A DNA stretch of 32,000 bases. Source: Thermosulfurimonas dismutans. GTDB taxonomy: Bacteria; Desulfobacterota; Thermodesulfobacteria; Thermodesulfobacteriales; Thermodesulfobacteriaceae. A program made the translations under genes and the position numbers. The DNA lies in assembly GCF_001652585.1 (NCBI RefSeq), contig NZ_LWLG01000012.1, positions 1-32,000 of the forward strand, in the 5' to 3' direction. Below the pieces are notes generated by a model that did no database searches, had not been told where the DNA came from, and worked only from the letters and a program-made list of their open reading frames with translations. Shown piece after piece: positions 30,350 through 32,000 of the stretch (positions are counted from its first letter, which is position 1; every line of letters begins with the position of its first letter).

Positions 30350-30396
30350 GAATCGCAATCTGGAGGTCGGGGGTTCGAATCCCCCCATCTCCACCA
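30350..30396 (+). repeat. attR core (orphan 3' tRNA-Ala fragment)
   Basis: 47/47 identity to 15737-15783. Upstream sequence diverges immediately (TTTAGG versus GCGCCA), so there is no 5' tRNA half here. Confidence 0.9.
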
Positions 30397-30581
30397 TTTT
30401 TTAACGATTTCTTGTATAGTTAAGAATACCAAAAACCCTAGACAGTTCGAAAACAACCCCTGAGACACTTAGAGCCTAAAGGGCTTTTCAATTTCGCATG
30501 GACAACCTCCTGTTTGGCATCTCTCCTCTCTCCGAGTCGTGGATTTGATTTCAGGAAGGCCAAAAAGCGAGGACGTTTCCA

Positions 30582-30610
30582 TTGAAACAGGTGAAAACTT
30601 TCAATAAAAT
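30582..30610 (+). promoter_or_regulatory. Putative promoter upstream of the ACT/MBL gene
   Basis: TTGAAA (30582-30587), 17-bp spacer, TAAAAT (30605-30610). This would give a leader of about 125 nt before the ATG at 30741. Confidence 0.3.
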
Positions 30611-30740
30611 GGCTGGAGACTTCCCACTAAAACCTGTGGGGACTTTCGATTGAAATACGCCCCTGGAAGGGTGTCTGTTCTGGTGCGCCTCCCCTCGCCC
30701 CACTGGGGCCGGAAATCTCCCTAAAGAGGGAGGAAACTCC

Positions 30741-32000
30741 ATGAGTGGCGCCAAGTTTTACTTTGTCGCCCGTATGCCGGACCAGCCCGGGGCCTTACAT
30801 CGAGCCGCAGAGATCGTGCGCAAGTACCAAGGCAACATCAACCGCATTCACTACGACCGGCGCATTGACCCGCACACCGTCTTTTTCGAGGTGACGCTTT
30901 CCTCAGAGGAGGACTACCGCAAGATCCGCGAAGAGCTCCAGCGTATAGGCTACCTACAGGAATCGTTGGAACCCTTGGGATTTCTTAAATTTAACGTCTA
31001 CCTCCCCAACCGTCCGGGAGCGCTCTTCGAATTTCTGAACTACGTCACCGACGCCCAGGCCAACATCGCCTTTTTGGACTTCGACGATCAGGGCCGCCAC
31101 CCAGACCGTTTGACCGTAAGCCTTACCGTAGAACGCAGCGCCATCATCGATAAGCTCTTAAACCGCCTCAAATCCCGTTATCGCCTGGAGATCCTCGAGT
31201 ACGACACCCGCGGCGACCATTTGGACAACACCGTCTTCTACCTAAAGTTCGCCCAGAGATTGCGTGAGCTCATCGGCGAAGCCGAAGATGAGTTTCTTCT
31301 GCGGTTGCTCCACGACATCAACCACATCGTCCAGGAGCTCACCAACCTCAAGCAAGACCCTCAAGAAGTCTTTCGGTGTATCCTGGCCACCGGGCAAAAA
31401 CTCAAGGAGACCACCGGCGTGGGCTTCTACGCCGACGTCCAGCACTTCGAGGTGACCGATGGGGTGCGTCTCTTCTGTTTTCAACTCCCTTTCGGAGGAA
31501 ACATCTTTGTGCTGGACACCAGGGAAGAAATGATCATGATCGACACCGGCTACGGTCTCTACCACGAAGACGTAGTGCGGCTTCTCCAGCACTACGGCCT
31601 AGGGGACCTCTCCCGACTCTCCCGGATCTTTCTCACCCATGCCGACGCCGACCACGCCGGGGCCGCGGGATTCTTCAAGGCCCCCTCCCACCTTCATCCC
31701 GGCACCAAAGAGATCATCGAGAAGGCCAACCGGGCCTACGGTTCCCGGGTAGAAGGTTCCATCCTGGAAGAGGTCTACACCAAGCTCATCAATCTCTTTT
31801 CCCACTTCACCCCGCCCCAAAAAATGGTCCTGTTCCCACAGGAGGTCTTTGGGCTTCGGAACATCTTTCCGGTGATCCAGAGTTTCCGGGTGGGGCCCTT
31901 GGAGTTTGAGGTGCTCGAAAGCCTCGGTGGGCACCTCTACGGCCAGGTCTTTTTCTTCTGTCCCGAGGTTGGTCTCCTATTTACCGGAGATAGCCTCCTG
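30741..32000 (+). CDS. ACT-domain + metallo-beta-lactamase-fold hydrolase (3'-truncated by window end)
   Basis: Open frame of 420 codons from the ATG at 30741 (SD GAGGGAGG at 30726-30733) to the window edge with no stop. It is absent from the ORF track because it is open-ended. The N-terminus has two ACT-like modules (ARMPDQPGALHRAAEIV; LPNRPGALFEFLNYV). MBL motif LTHADADHAG (HxHxDH-type). Confidence 0.8.
   Translation, partial: MSGAKFYFVARMPDQPGALHRAAEIVRKYQGNINRIHYDRRIDPHTVFFEVTLSSEEDYRKIREELQRIGYLQESLEPLGFLKFNVYLPNRPGALFEFLNYVTDAQANIAFLDFDDQGRHPDRLTVSLTVERSAIIDKLLNRLKSRYRLEILEYDTRGDHLDNTVFYLKFAQRLRELIGEAEDEFLLRLLHDINHIVQELTNLKQDPQEVFRCILATGQKLKETTGVGFYADVQHFEVTDGVRLFCFQLPFGGNIFVLDTREEMIMIDTGYGLYHEDVVRLLQHYGLGDLSRLSRIFLTHADADHAGAAGFFKAPSHLHPGTKEIIEKANRAYGSRVEGSILEEVYTKLINLFSHFTPPQKMVLFPQEVFGLRNIFPVIQSFRVGPLEFEVLESLGGHLYGQVFFFCPEVGLLFTGDSLL

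Larger units (their letters stand above)
15737..30396. mobile_element. tRNA-Ala-integrated genetic element (~14.6 kb), satellite-like/integrative island
   Basis: Bounded by a perfect 47-bp direct repeat (15737-15783 = 30350-30396) equal to the 3' part of tRNA-Ala. It contains a tyrosine integrase, an AlpA-like gene, a primase-helicase, an SF2 helicase and a TerS-like gene. No recognisable virion structural genes. Confidence 0.85.

Noticed and set aside
30226-30423. 65-aa plus-strand ORF across attR
   Set aside because: It reads straight through the orphan tRNA fragment and the att-proximal repeat. No SD is present. It is an artefact.
31242-31934. Track ORFs 31264-31455(+), 31376-31909(+), 31242-31592(-), 31599-31934(-)
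   Set aside because: All are alternative-frame or antisense shadows of the open-ended ACT/MBL gene (frame of 30741), which carries the recognisable HxHxDH-type motif.

Overview
The window has three parts.

**(1) Chromosomal backbone, 1-15783.** It looks like a dissimilatory sulfate-reducing or sulfur-disproportionating bacterium. Strong GGAGG Shine-Dalgarno sites and ATGA/GTGA coupled genes are common; I cannot assign a taxon from sequence alone.
- A minus-strand tRNA-Tyr/Gly/Thr cluster.
- A co-oriented minus-strand supercluster: sat, a 119-aa orphan ORF, aprB, aprA, qmoA, qmoB, qmoC. It ends in a clean intrinsic terminator and has a second G/C hairpin plus T-run between aprA and qmoA.
- A plus-strand, translationally coupled mobA, REC/HD-GYP response regulator and GAF histidine kinase operon.
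- A minus-strand DUF72-hypD pair, then rpsT and tRNA-Ala(CGC).

**(2) Integrated element of about 14.6 kb, roughly 15737-30396.** It sits in the 3' half of tRNA-Ala and is bounded by a perfect 47-bp direct repeat.
- Recognisable genes: tyrosine integrase, AlpA-like excisionase/regulator, Toprim(DUF3854-like)/DUF3987-like primase-helicase, SF2 DEAH helicase, a Nu1-like small-terminase-like protein, two tandem paralogous HExxH (ImmA-like) peptidases, a coiled-coil protein, an RHH/DUF4258-like/DUF2283 three-gene cassette, an SNase-type nuclease and several orphan small-protein genes.
- I see no recognisable capsid, portal, tail, large-terminase or lysis genes. This is the gene grammar of a phage satellite (P4/PICI-like) rather than a prophage.
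- Both termini carry about 12 copies of the decamer TTTTTTCGCA.

**(3) Backbone resumes, 30397-32000.** An ACT-domain/metallo-beta-lactamase-fold gene runs off the window end and is therefore missing from the supplied ORF track.

Most long antisense ORFs in the track (opposite aprA, sat, qmoC) are shadow ORFs. All functional calls rest on motifs I recognised by eye; no database search was run.
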